Part shown: positions 1-12,551 of the stretch, piece by piece
How positions within the stretch are numbered: the first letter of the stretch is position 1
Layout: each line of letters opens with the position of its first letter
NCBI GenBank assembly: GCA_044892525.1
Contig: CM097885.1
Span: 189,720,001 to 189,784,000, forward strand
Origin: Schmidtea polychroa
Lineage: Eukaryota
Direction of reading: 5' to 3'
DNA: 64,000 nt
The notes under the pieces: generated by a model
The model's database searches: none
What the model saw: the letters and a program-made list of their open reading frames with translations, nothing else
Told to the model about the DNA's origin: nothing
Position numbers and translations under genes: made by a program

Positions 1-1093
1 ATTTTAGAAAATATTATTGTCACCCGCTGTATCTGATTTTGGCGAGAAAGGTTGTCCAGAACCCTAACGATTGGTATTTTAAATAAAATGATTAGTATTT
101 TTAATTATTAGTATAACCTAAAACCTTTTTCTGAAGACTTTTCATATAAATTTTTAACACATTTTTAATATAAATTAAAAATGAATTTTAATTATTACAA
201 TTCTGCAGACATCACCCTACTTACAGATTTCAATAATAATATTTTTTGAATGCAGTATTACCCAACCACCCGTCCGCAACTTTAATCTAACTGATCAGTG
301 AAATTTTTTAAAATGTAGAACTAATTTTTGTAAAGTAATTTTAAGCTATATAGTAGAAAAGCCCTCAAGTTCACAGACACCTCCCTTTAGTTATTGATTT
401 TTTTTGGAATAATATTGTTAATTTTTNNNNNNNNNNNNNNNNNNNNNNNNNNNNNNNNNNNNNNNNNNNNNNNNNNNNNNNNNNNNNNNNNNNNNNNNNN
501 NNNNNNNNNNNNNNNNNNNNNNNNNNNNNNNNNNNNNNNNNNNNNNNNNNNNNNNNNNNNNNNNNNNNNNNNNNNNNNNNNNNNNNNCTAAAGGAATTAA
601 TTAATTTTATTGTACATTACTGTATTAAAGGTTAAGAATTCACCTTATCAAAGTCTAAGGAGCGATTCCTTATATTTGCAATAAGACTTCATGCGAACTT
701 TAGATAAATAAAATGATTATACATAAAAAGTATTTAATTAAAATTTTTTAATATTTTTTATGCCATTTTTATAAAATGACAAATCTACTTTAATGCCTGA
801 ATAGTATAATAAATTCAAGTGAATAATTACCTGAAATTAAAGTTATGTAGAAATGAGAACAACATTTTTGATGTTATGAATAACTGCCTTAGTGATACTT
901 TAACATTGAAGTGCGAATGCAAGGCCAACTAATCAATAAATTTGTGCTGTGCACACGAAACTGGGAAGAAGGGAGAAAAGTAATTTTTCAATTAAAAATC
1001 TCCCAACAGTATTTTATCGGCATTTAAATTCGCCAGTCATCAATTTCTCAGTCACTCGTATTTATTAACAATTCGTGGAAAGGAAAAGAAAAT

Positions 1094-1925
1094 ATGGTAG
1101 ACGTCAAAAAAGCTGCAGAATACAATGAATTGACTGGAGATCCATTTTGGACTCGAAAAATGAGAACGCTCTTCAGAAGGTTAGATTCAAGAGGACATGG
1201 GTTTGTAAACTTAGCTGATATTCTCAACGTTGCAACTGATGTTATTGCATCCTTTACCAACACGGATACATATAAAGGTGATCAAATCGTAAATGCTTCC
1301 ATAAACTTTTGGTATGGAGTTCTGTCAATCCATGTTGATGAGAAAGACAGAACATCAGTTACTACGAATGAGGCCAATTTTGTTGGAAATTTGCAGAAAG
1401 GATGCAATACAAACGGTGAATTGAGAACGAAATTCAATGAGATTTTAATTGAACCTTTTTTTGTTGCCGCCGATGAAGACGATGACGGCAAAATTACATT
1501 AGTCCAATTTAAAAGTTTGTTGAAGGCTTGGAAGTCTCCAGATACTTCTTTGGATACAATTTTCAGGTTCGCTGACCCTGAGAAGACTGGAAAAATCAAC
1601 AAACTCCAATTTGAAAATATAATGACTGAATTTTTTTTCTCGGAAAATTCAAAAAGTCATGTTGCAACACTATTTGGACGGCTTGTAAATTATAAAAGAC
1701 CTGAAGATTTCGGAGATTCAGAATTTGGACCGTATTGGGAAGGGAAAATGCGAACGATGTTTCGAAGATTTGATGTCGATAATGCTAGTAAACTGAAATG
1801 TCATGATTTTATTCAAATCGCTCGAAATATTGCCCATCGTGGACGACTAGATAAAAAACGCGCAAATGTGGTTTTGAGAGCGATGTTGGATGTTTGGGTA
1901 AAATGGATCGCTCTTGATAAAGAAG
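1094..1925 (+). CDS. Exon 1 of EF-hand calcium-binding protein (sarcoplasmic calcium-binding protein/calexcitin-like, two tandem SCP domains)
   Basis: SCP-type 'FWTRKMRTLFRRLDSRGHG' and a second copy 'YWEGKMRTMFRRFDVDNAS'; EF loops DEDDDGKIT and DPEKTGKIN; donor GAAG|gtaag at 1926. Confidence 0.85.
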
Positions 1926-1978
1926 GTAAGCTTTTATGCATTATTTTACTGATATCGTTACGTTTAATCGGTTTTCAG

Positions 1979-2190
1979 GTCGTCACTTTGCTGAGGTTAC
2001 TGAAAAGGAATTCATTCATAATCTTAGGGCTTTGCTTAATGGAGACTACCGACATGAAATAGATCAATTTGGGTGGACATTCTTCAAATCAATGGAGAGT
2101 GAAAACAGTGGATTTGTTACTCTTCAAGAATATCGTAATTTACAAGAAGCTTGGGGTATTGGTCGAGAGGAAGCTGAAGCAATGTTTAAA
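1979..2190 (+). CDS. Exon 2 of EF-hand calcium-binding protein
   Basis: 53-nt intron 1926-1978 ending ttttcag; frame continues GRHFAEVTEKEF...ESENSGFVTLQEY...AMFK; donor AAA|gtaag at 2191. Confidence 0.85.
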
Positions 2191-4006
2191 GTAAGAATGA
2201 ACAATTAAAGTTTTACCGTCCAGTCATGAAATTATTGTTTCTAAGTCAATATAATAAAGCAAACATACACATATCATTTATTCAGAAAGATTCTTTGAAA
2301 TTCTATAATCAAGACTAGATAAATATGGGAGTAAGAGTAACGTTCCGAAAGAGATGTAGTACTCAGAGACACCGAAATCTATTTTTTTCTATTTAAATAG
2401 TAAAATTAGAAATACATTTTTATACGTCACAAAATATGTAAAATCTGTAAAATATCTGTAAAAAATAAAATATCTAATATGTTTCTTTCAATAATTGGTC
2501 CCATCAATTTAGACTGAGACGTCGCGTTTATATTAAAACATATTCTTATCATGATCTTGTTATTTTTATCGTTGCATTCGAGATTTCTCACGGCAGAAAG
2601 GTNNNNNNNNNNNNNNNNNNNNNNNNNNNNNNNNNNNNNNNNNNNNNNNNNNNNNNNNNNNNNNNNNNNNNNNNNNNNNNNNNNNNNNNNNNNNNNNNNN
2701 NNNNNNNNNNNNNNNNNNNNNNNNNNNNNNNNNNNNNNNNNNATATATTTTTAGAAACTGTGCATAAGATTTAAAGTGTTCTAATTCTGTTGTTTAAAAT
2801 TATAATTAGTTTGTAAGTAGATATCAAAATCAATGTACAAAAAGTTATGCAATAAATTCAATGTTAAATTATATTATTAATTTGCATCACTATTAATATA
2901 ATAATAATAAGATTTTTACAGTGAAGTATTTAAGGAATGAAAAATATTTCAATTATTAGATCAGTGTTGTCCAAACTTTTTTGAGCCACGGCATACTTGG
3001 CTGAATTAAAAATTTTCGCGGCACACCTAAATATTTTTTTGCTTTATTTGCAATTTTTTATTGCAATTAATCTTTTAATAAGAAATGAAAAACTTATTTA
3101 CATGAAATTTAACATAATTAAGCTGCTTACGTATTTTAGATAGTCAATATTTCTAATAAGAAATATAAATATGATTGTAAACAAATAAATTTCGCACTTA
3201 ATTTACTGATTAACATTTAAATTTGAAATAACTGTTAAAATATCCACAACTAACATAAGATGTATATAGTCGATGTATAATTCGACCCCACCTAGCAAAA
3301 TTTATTGAAAAAAATCCAAAAAACTCTTCAAGTAAAATTTTTAACAAATGTATACCATTTAAGTTTCAAAATGAGAATTGTTAAAATTAAAATGAGAAAA
3401 GTAAGCCTGATTTTCTACAAATTGTTTAAATTAAACAGCAGAATTGCAATTATTTATATGTGTTTCTATAGCAAAATTGAAAGGCCCGAAATATGTCTGT
3501 GAAAATTAAAAAACAGACCTAAAAATGCAATTACTTGCCGTGTCAAACATGCCTGGAAACTGGCGACAACTTGCACGTATTATTAGCATTCCACAATCAA
3601 CAGCATATCGTTGGATAGCAGAGTGAGAAACCATAGATAAACGAGGAGGGAAAAGATTTAACAACTGAAATTCATTTAGATGATTGTATTATTATTGTAT
3701 TATACAAAATTTAAAGAATATTTTTTATTAGACATTTCAAAATGATAAAACCAATTTTTGCGATCTCTCTGGAGATTTGCGCGACTCACACTTTCAGCAC
3801 CGCTGTAGTATAGTGTAGTGTTTTTGCTGGTAATATAATTCATAGATAATTATATTTTTAAGAAAGTCGAATTTTATCTATAATTATCAGCAACATATTA
3901 AAATATATATATTTAAAATACCTTATTCAATTATTTATAAAAACAACATTAATTATTATAAGAACTTTTTTTCCCAATTTCACCACTGATTATTTTTTCC
4001 ATTGAA

Positions 4007-4186
4007 TTTATTAAAGAGAGAGCTTGAAGATTATAAATCAGTAATATATCGATGTTTGTTGATACTCACGAATTTTCGGCACTGCCTTTTCAATTCACTT
4101 GAAAAAGGCAGTGCCGAAAATTCGTGAGTATCAACAAACATCGATATATTACTGATTTATAATCTTCAAGCTCTCTTTTTAATAAA
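4007..4186. repeat. Long near-perfect inverted repeat (87/88-bp arms, 5-nt loop)
   Basis: 4007-4093 is the reverse complement of 4099-4186 except one mismatch and one extra A. Confidence 0.9.
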
Positions 4187-4555
4187 CATTAATTACTTAA
4201 GAAATATAAAAAAACAAGTTTGTTTCAATATCCGAAATTAAGTAAAGAAAAACAACATTTCACAATCACTTAAGTTTATTTCGACAATGAAGATATTTAT
4301 CAAACAGGTTCTCGACAGACCTACAATTATTTCAGATCAATGTTTATGGATTTATTTGAATAAAACTTTATATATATTCGTGATTTATATTATATGAGAA
4401 ACTTCACAGCATCATTCGAAAAACAACTTATTTTTTGCAGTTCACTTTATTTTAATAATTTTGAAATTGTAAACCGTAAAATTTTGCCCAATTCTAGTTA
4501 TATATAAACAGAATAATAATTATAATTAATATATGAATAAATGAAAGTTAACGAA

Positions 4556-5024
4556 TCTAATATATAAAAATGAAAGTTTGTTTGTTTGTTACCCATAGAA
4601 TTCCCCATCGTTAAACCTAGGGTGCTGAAATTTTGCATGTGACCCTCATTTGACTCGGGACAGGTTATGGGCTATGTTTCAACAACAGGTGACCACCCCT
4701 AGGGTAACCTAAGCCTACTCATGGTCACTTTGATTTACTACAGTAGATGCCACCAGTAGATACACATTAAGATTTTTCAAATTTTTAAAGTGCTATTATA
4801 CTTAGTTTTAAATTCCATCTATACATTGCACTAATGGAAATTGCATCAGAAGTCGGCTTCCAATCGTAAAATTTGGTCCCCAAAAGCAACTTCCGAGATT
4901 TTTTTAATTAAATTTTAATGTATTTTTTAAATTACTTTTTATAAATGAATGAATTGAAATAAATTTCTTTATTTTGAATCTGTTTACTATTTTTAAATCG
5001 TGCCACGCCGGGTACCCCAGCTAG
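4556..5024 (+). mobile_element. Non-autonomous Helitron-like element
   Basis: A|TC 5' end followed by TAATATATAAAAATG and (GTTT)n; 3' end CTAG|T preceded by short GC palindromes (cgtgccacg, gggtaccc). Confidence 0.6.
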
Positions 5025-7419
5025 TATATGAATAAATGAAAGTTAACAAATTATTTTCACTGCTGATGCATATTTGAGAAGGGAGATTATAAATATATAT
5101 CATTACCCCGAATAAATTACAATGTCCATCTATGCATTCTCGTCCTGAGGATTTTGTTACGATTTAAATGAATAAAATATAAATAACATTTAATTATTAT
5201 TAACATGAGACATAAAATGTCTAAATTGCAGACAGATGCCTATTTGGGACCAAGTTGTATCCATTTGCTGTGGGAAATCTGTCACTGTTTACTGCCAGGG
5301 AATCATTAACTGGCTTCAATTCAGCCAGACACGGCATTTATTTATATCCACTTAAAACCCAAAGTTTCATTTCATAAAAATACATTTAAAATGAATAAAA
5401 TATTAATTTCTGAATTAGTTAAGTAATTAAAAAATTAATTTTATTATTTGTCATAATCAAAGATTTTAGTAGTCCATGACTCGTTTGAGGCTGTGACCAT
5501 AGATTAGGAACCATTGTCCTAGGTCGGTGATTCTTAGCTTTTTATTGTCACAGACCTTCTATTAACCATGAATTCTTTTTTCTTCATTTTTTATATTTTT
5601 TTATAAAATATCGATTTTTTATCACTCTACTATTAAAACAAACAATCATTTATTGATTAAATAAACATAAATTGATAGCATTAGAAAAACATAAAAAATA
5701 ATCAAAATTTACTGTGACTTATGTTGTTGAATATCTTCAATAAATGTATTTATTTGAATTGGGCTGGTTATTTATGAGCTTTTACATAATTTATTGGACT
5801 CCACCAGATCTTTCTAGCACCCTCCTAGCTAAGAACCATTGTATTAAATGGCAGTAATAAAGAGTAATGGAATATAAAGTAATAAAATGAAACAGTACAA
5901 ATTTAGCTTCAGTCGAACGCCAATAAATAAAATTAATTAAAATATAATCAAGTCACTCAGTAAAAGTTGTTTTTTTACTTTTCTCTCTAAAAACTGAATT
6001 TATGGACTGAAAAGTTTATTGGGAAAAAGGAAAAATCTTATTAATAATCAAATAAATTTTGTTATTGCGCGCAGTTTCTATTCCATTTATTATGGATACA
6101 ATTATTAATTAATTTTCACCGATTTAATACTTTTAAACTGGTTATATAAAATTTATATCAATTGTGCATGGCTAAAACATTAAGACAGTAATAAAATTTA
6201 ACTTGTATTTGGATGTATTTTTTTCATGTCTAAAGCGAACATTTTGGGAAAAATAATCTTTCATACGGCTGACAAATATTTCCCCTCATTCTAGGAATCT
6301 TTTGAAGTTAAAAATAAGTGTACAATGTACACTGTANNNNNNNNNNNNNNNNNNNNNNNNNNNNNNNNNNNNNNNNNNNNNNNNNNNNNNNNNNNNNNNN
6401 NNNNNNNNNNNNNNNNNNNNNNNNNNNNNNNNNNNNNNNNNNNNNNNNNNNNNNNNNNNNNNNNNNNNNNNNNNNNNNNNNNNNNNNNNNNNNNNNNNNN
6501 NNNNNNNNNNNNNNNNNNNNNNNNNNNNNNNNNNNNNNNNNNNNNNNNNNNNNNNNNNNNNNNNNNNNNNNNNNNNNNNNNNNNNNNNNNNNNNNNNNNN
6601 NNNNNNNNNNNNNNNNNNNNNNNNNNNNNNNNNNNNNNNNNNNNNNNNTGATTTTTAAAACTATCCATTTTAGTTATAAATTAATAATATCAGTAAAATC
6701 TTCATATTCCCAAAAAATAAAACCTTAAATCGTCAGGGAGATATTGTGCGTCGGTAATATAAAAATATAGTAAATTATGTGTTTTTGACAGTATGAATAA
6801 AAAAAATACAGTAAGGTAAAAAAAAGAATGAACATCTGGATGTGGAAATGTCGATATGTTTCATGCTGCAAATAACTGATTGACAAACAGATGCGCCTCT
6901 TGTGCTATGTAATAAGTGAATAAATGTAAATTCAAAGGTTTTCTGTATGGCCTGGAAGGTTTTTCACTCATTATAATAAATAATTTGTGTGACAGCATAT
7001 AGGTACTCAGACAAATATACCAAATACAGAATCTATTAAATGGAACTTAGGATATTGATAGCATTCGGTACAAAAGAACATCAAATTAGAGAGCTTTTCA
7101 GTCAGTAAGAATAAGAAATAATATGAAGACACCCTCATTTGAAGACCCAGTCAACAAAATAAAACTGGCCAAATTTTTTTCTTATAAATTTGGACTGTTT
7201 TAAGCTATTAATGTGAATAATACTTGTATAAATAACACAGTAAAATGGTTAAATCATTGTTTTGGGAAGAACCACACAAACGTGTCATTCAAGGCTGACA
7301 AAGTTTGTTATCTTATTAAATTTAACAACAGTCTCTTTTACCATCATTAATAAAAAGAATTTTGAAATACATATTCTTCATCAACAACTCAAACAATTTA
7401 TCAACACTTTTTAGCATGA

Positions 7420-7686
7420 ATGATAAATCAATTCTTTCCCCATACTTCTCCTATTGATGAAAAAGTGCATTTCGTGAGTTTTAAAGTAGATTATCTATTC
7501 AATAATAAATGGTATCAGCAAATAGATAGAGTTGAGATGGGTCCTCTTTTGGCACCAATGATGGCATCAATCATTTTGGCAAGTTTAGAATGGAAAATTG
7601 ATTATTTCCATGTTGAGAAACCGATTGTTTATAAACGGTATGTGGATGATATTTTTTTTATACTCGAAAATCAGAAAAATGTATAG
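7420..7686 (+). pseudogene. Penelope-like retroelement reverse transcriptase fragment, degenerate
   Basis: FNNKWYQQIDRVEMGPLLAPMMASI...YKRYVDDIF matches PLE RT motifs (YxQxxGxxMGSPL, RYVDD); no intact ORF. Confidence 0.65.
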
Positions 7687-10107
7687 TCGATTTGGCATTA
7701 TATAATTAGTTTACNNNNNNNNNNNNNNNNNNNNNNNNNNNNNNNNNNNNNNNNNNNNNNNNNNNNNNNNNNNNNNNNNNNNNNNNNNNNNNNNNNNNNN
7801 NNNNNNNNNNNNNNNNNNNNNNNNNNNNNNNNNNNNNNNNNNNNNNNNNNNNNNNNNNNNNNNNCTTTGGTGTTGGTTTCTATTTGATCATTTTTAATTT
7901 TTCAAATTTTCATTAATGTTTTGACAATTGCTTTTGTTCTTTTATTGTCCGGCTCCGGAAATAGGATGTCAGATGTGATTCTGGAATTAAGCTGGTATTA
8001 TTTCTTATTAAGAGATGAATGGTTCATTGATTTTTATTACTGGAAATTCTGAATTTATTCTCTGGCATTTGGGTTCACGCAGTGACTTGATAAACTTGTA
8101 TATGTGGCATATTGGGACAATATGTATTTGTCGGATTGAGGTTGGATTTGATGGAAATTGATTTCAACTGTAAATTGGACACAGATTTGGTAGCATTTCG
8201 TTGGAATATTTTGCCTTTAGTTGCTCTTACTGGTACTGAATTCTCTAATACAAAATATTATAATTTGCATAGTGTATCCATTGAAATTTTCACTTATTAT
8301 AACGGAAATCTTTTGTTTACTTCATCACTGACCTTTCTTCACATATCCTTTATCTTCATTCTTATACTAAATATAAAATAAAAATATTGATTTAGTCTAA
8401 AAAATAATTGAGATATAATAAAATATTTTAAGCTATTTATTAATCATTGTACTGTTTTACCCATATATCGTATATATTCAACTGAATCGTGCAATTTGTT
8501 TAATTTTATCCACCTATTTGCTCACCTACCAATATCAGCCCTTCCCTGGTCTTATTCATAAGGAAATATGTTTTTAATTTTAAAAATATATTAAAANNNN
8601 NNNNNNNNNNNNNNNNNNNNNNNNNNNNNNNNNNNNNNNNNNNNNNNNNNNNNNNNNNNNNNNNNNNNNNNNNNNNNNNNNNNNNNNNNNNNNNNNNNNN
8701 NNNNNNNNNNNNNNNNNNNNNNNNNNNNNNNNNNNNNNNNNNNNNNNNNNNNNNNNNNNNNNNNNNNNNNNNNNNNNNNNNNNNNNNNNNNNNNNNNNNN
8801 NNNNNNNNNNNNNNNNNNNNNNNNNNNNNNNNNNNNNNNNNNNNNNNNNNNNNNNNNNNNNNNNNNNNNNNNNNNNNNNNNNNNNNNNNNNNNNNNNNNN
8901 NNNNNNNNNNNNNNNNNNNNTTATTTATTTTCATTTTTCTGATTTGATAAAATTATACATTTTGAGTCTAGTTAATATCTAAAGTAATTTTCTTTTCTTC
9001 ATACTCACAGACTCTTCTGGATCTTATTAAAAATAATTCTTCTGAATAAGTCACTTATTCACAATTATTTCGTAAAAATGTTTAATAGTTAAATCAATTT
9101 TTAAAAAATTAAAAACAAAATAAGTTCGTAATACGAAAAACATTTTTTTTTTCAAAATGAAAACCGTTTTTATACTTTTAAAAGCATGTTTTCAGCTAAT
9201 TCCCACCAGTAGGAAGCAATTCTGCACTTGGGAAATGTCAATTTGGGGATTTTCTTAAATTAAAAAAGGTGAATTGAATTAATATATTTTCCTGGTCATG
9301 ATAAAAATAATAAAACCATTATATCCAATCGATAATAAATTTAATTTATAATTTAATTTAATTGATTAATATTGATTATAATGTGCGAGAATATCAGATG
9401 TTTTCAATTCGATTAGTCACTTGTCTGTAAATGCGTGCTTGTTTTGATGCAATTCCTTTTAGAATTTGTTCTGGTATTGTAAATAAACAAAATTTTGTTT
9501 ACATTAAAAAATTGGAATTTTGAAACGTTTTGAAATCTAATTGTTACAATCTAAAGTTAAATAAATCAAATTAATTAATTGTTAGATTTTTAATAAAAAT
9601 GAAATTAATTTCCACTTCATTCAAATAATTACTACTCACAAAACTCTCAACGATGTATTAGGATTTATTGATATCAAATCGACTACAGTTTAATATGCAT
9701 ATGTAATAATAAGACTTTTCACTTCGAAGGAGTAGCACCTTTAGATATTAATTGATTAAAACTTTATGGAGTGTGTTGGTAAGATTTTAGATACAAAATT
9801 AGTTTTTTTTCAAAATTTATGGAAATTTTACATTTTAAATTATTTTTGTGGATTTTAATGGCAAAATTATTTCAAAAAATTGTAATTTATTTTTAATTTT
9901 TACATTTATAAATTAAATAAATATTATTAAAAAGTTTTTGAAAAATATATTTTAATATGATGTAAATGATTTGTTAGCAATAATTTGACAACAATTATTA
10001 ATATTAAAAAATTAAAACTTATAAATTTCATTCTTCATTTTCTCAAAATGAAAATTTATTTCGAGTACTGGCCTCGGAAATATTTTCAATTTAATTAAAA
10101 AAAAGTA

Positions 10108-10322
10108 CCGTATATACTCGCGTATACGTCAAGTAAAGTTTAAGAGGTTTTTATGCCCTAAATTGGAAACCCGCGTATAAGTCGAAGTAACAAAAATAAA
10201 AAAAGGTTTAATGATTTCATTAAAAATTAATTTGTACGTTTTTTGACCCGCATGTAAGTCGAAGTGGCTATTTTGACTTGAAAATTTGACATAAATTTCT
10301 CGACTTACCCAAGTATATACGG
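10108..10322. mobile_element. Tc1/mariner-type MITE
   Basis: TIRs CCGTATATACT / AGTATATACGG, TA on both sides, internal repeats CGCGTATAAGTCGA-like. Confidence 0.75.
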
Positions 10323-10803
10323 TATTTGATTAATGAATGGTGTATCTTTTTTAGGTGGTGTATTTTATCGCTTGTTTGTATGTTTGTTTCATCAAAAAAT
10401 TGCATGCACTTTGTTTGTATGTTTCATTAATTTTTTCTACCCTTTCTTGAATCCTGTAATAAATTGGCAGGTGTAACTCCTAATGAATTTTCGGCACAGA
10501 AGTGAGTTTGTATGTATCTTATAATATAACTTATTGATTATTTTTCTACTTTATAGGCAGGTTTTATCAAATGCAACGCGATGTAATAGATCTGATAGTT
10601 TGATAATTTACCTTCAAATATTCTTTTAAATTAAGCATATTGGCAAATCCTTCACCTCAAATTTTCTTTGACACTGTGTGAACTTATTAAGACAATCAGA
10701 AATGACTGTCTTGTAGAGAAATTATATAAGATGTAAAATGACAAAAAAAATATTTTAGAATTATTCAGAAAATCAACAATTATTTAATATCATAAATATT
10801 TAG

Positions 10804-10944
10804 GTACTTGATCTTGACAAGGATGGCAAACTTAGTAGTGATGAATATTTGACTGGTTGGGTGGATTATTTTCTAGGCGACGATACCAAGAGTCCTTACC
10901 GAGGCTTTTTTGGTCCAGTTATAGCAAAGTTTGAAGCTCGCTAA
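10804..10944 (+). CDS. Exon 3 (terminal) of EF-hand calcium-binding protein; absent from the ORF track
   Basis: Acceptor atttag at 10803; VLDLDKDGKLSSDEYLTGWVDYFLGDDTKSPYRGFFGPVIAKFEAR* supplies a canonical EF loop and mirrors the end of domain 1; joined CDS 1185 nt = 394 aa, in frame. Confidence 0.8.
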   Translation, partial: VLDLDKDGKLSSDEYLTGWVDYFLGDDTKSPYRGFFGPVIAKFEAR

Positions 10945-12551
10945 GACATATTTGGTTACCCTTTTGAATAACTAGTATTATTATGTGCACGCCCTTTTGC
11001 AAAACGTATTTTGAAATTGTATTACCTTATTGTTGACAATGGTAAAATATATTATATAATATCTTTTGATTAAAATATGTAGTGAAATATCTTTTTAATT
11101 TGCTTTTACTATCCACGTAATCATTTAATGAAATGGATCGTAAGATTTAGTTAATCTGTCTCATGATGGGTAAATAATCTTTGAAAGAAAAATAATTTAT
11201 GTATAATTATCATAAGTAAAATGCAAATTCAAATTGGAATATGGCGCTCAAACCTCTCTCACCTATCCATCATGAGAATGGAACCAGATGATACAAATGA
11301 CTTTAGGTAGATAACAGCATCCTAGTATATTCGATTGAAAGGACTGTGAAGAAGGAATTCAAGAAACCAACACTATATTTTGTAACAGTTTTCTTCTTGT
11401 TAATTGCAGAGAATGCTTTACCCAATGGCTCCTTTTAAAACTTTTACATTATTGTATGTAAATCTCATGATGTTACCTCTGTTTGGATAATGTTTTCAAA
11501 TGAAAAATTAACAGTTACAAATAAATATCCATACAAAGAACCAAAAACCTGAATTGGAACCCTGCTGATAGAACCTAGCTATGTGAATGTCTATAATAAT
11601 TAATTATATAAATTATATTAATTTCAGAAATAAAGTCGGTCTAGGAATCGAGAAGTCAGTAATATGAGAAAATATAGAGCTATTTTATACCAATAATAAA
11701 GTAATAAAATGAAACAAATATTAACAAAATTTAGGTTTTCTGAAACGATATTTTCAATCAACTCTAAAATTCATTTCCAATAAAAATCAAGGAAATTCTC
11801 CTCCTTGAATCCTAAAATAAATAATTATCATAAAACTCAAATGAAAATTATTTTGAAAAACAAATGATTTCAATTGAAAATTTCTTTGTGGTACATGCTA
11901 ATAATTATTGTTTTACTGATATAACTATTATTACTTATAGACTTCGTGATTTTATGTTTTGTTTTATGTTGCATCCACAGTTTGGTTGGCAATATGAATT
12001 GGTGCGTTATCTTGCAAGGAATAGATGTCTTGATTTCTGTACTTCCATCACAACTTTCTCACATCACTTGTCAGTGCATAGTAGTAATGAGAGTCAATGA
12101 TTCCTGGAATAAAATCGGTCATACTGAGCATGAGACATTTTTTGTGAGATGTCCCTGAAAAAAACATTTTTGGTGACTTTTCCTCTAGAAAATTCTATTC
12201 GCGAGACTCTCGTTTAATATATGGAATATAAAGAGATAATTTCCTCTCGTCCTTCGTTATAATATTCTTGCATTAAACTACTCAATTTAATAGCTAAGAA
12301 CATGAAAATTTCTTTAACAATTTGTGAAATTTTGGATTTCAGGACCAGACACATTTCATCAAATTGAGATTTAGAAAATAATTTCTTTTGAAAATCCTTA
12401 TTTAATGCATAACTCCCACAAGACATTAGCTGTTTCTTTTCATGATAAATATCAGGGTTATTTTTTATAATTTAACTTTAAAATCCCTACTTTTTTAATT
12501 TGTTTTTTGAAATTTTATTTATTTATAAGTGGATGGTAGTGTCCCGTTTAC

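Noticed and set aside
1926-2062. C-terminal LLCIILL...DMK tail of the 322-aa ORF
   Set aside because: Read-through into a 53-nt GT-AG intron and the wrong frame of exon 2
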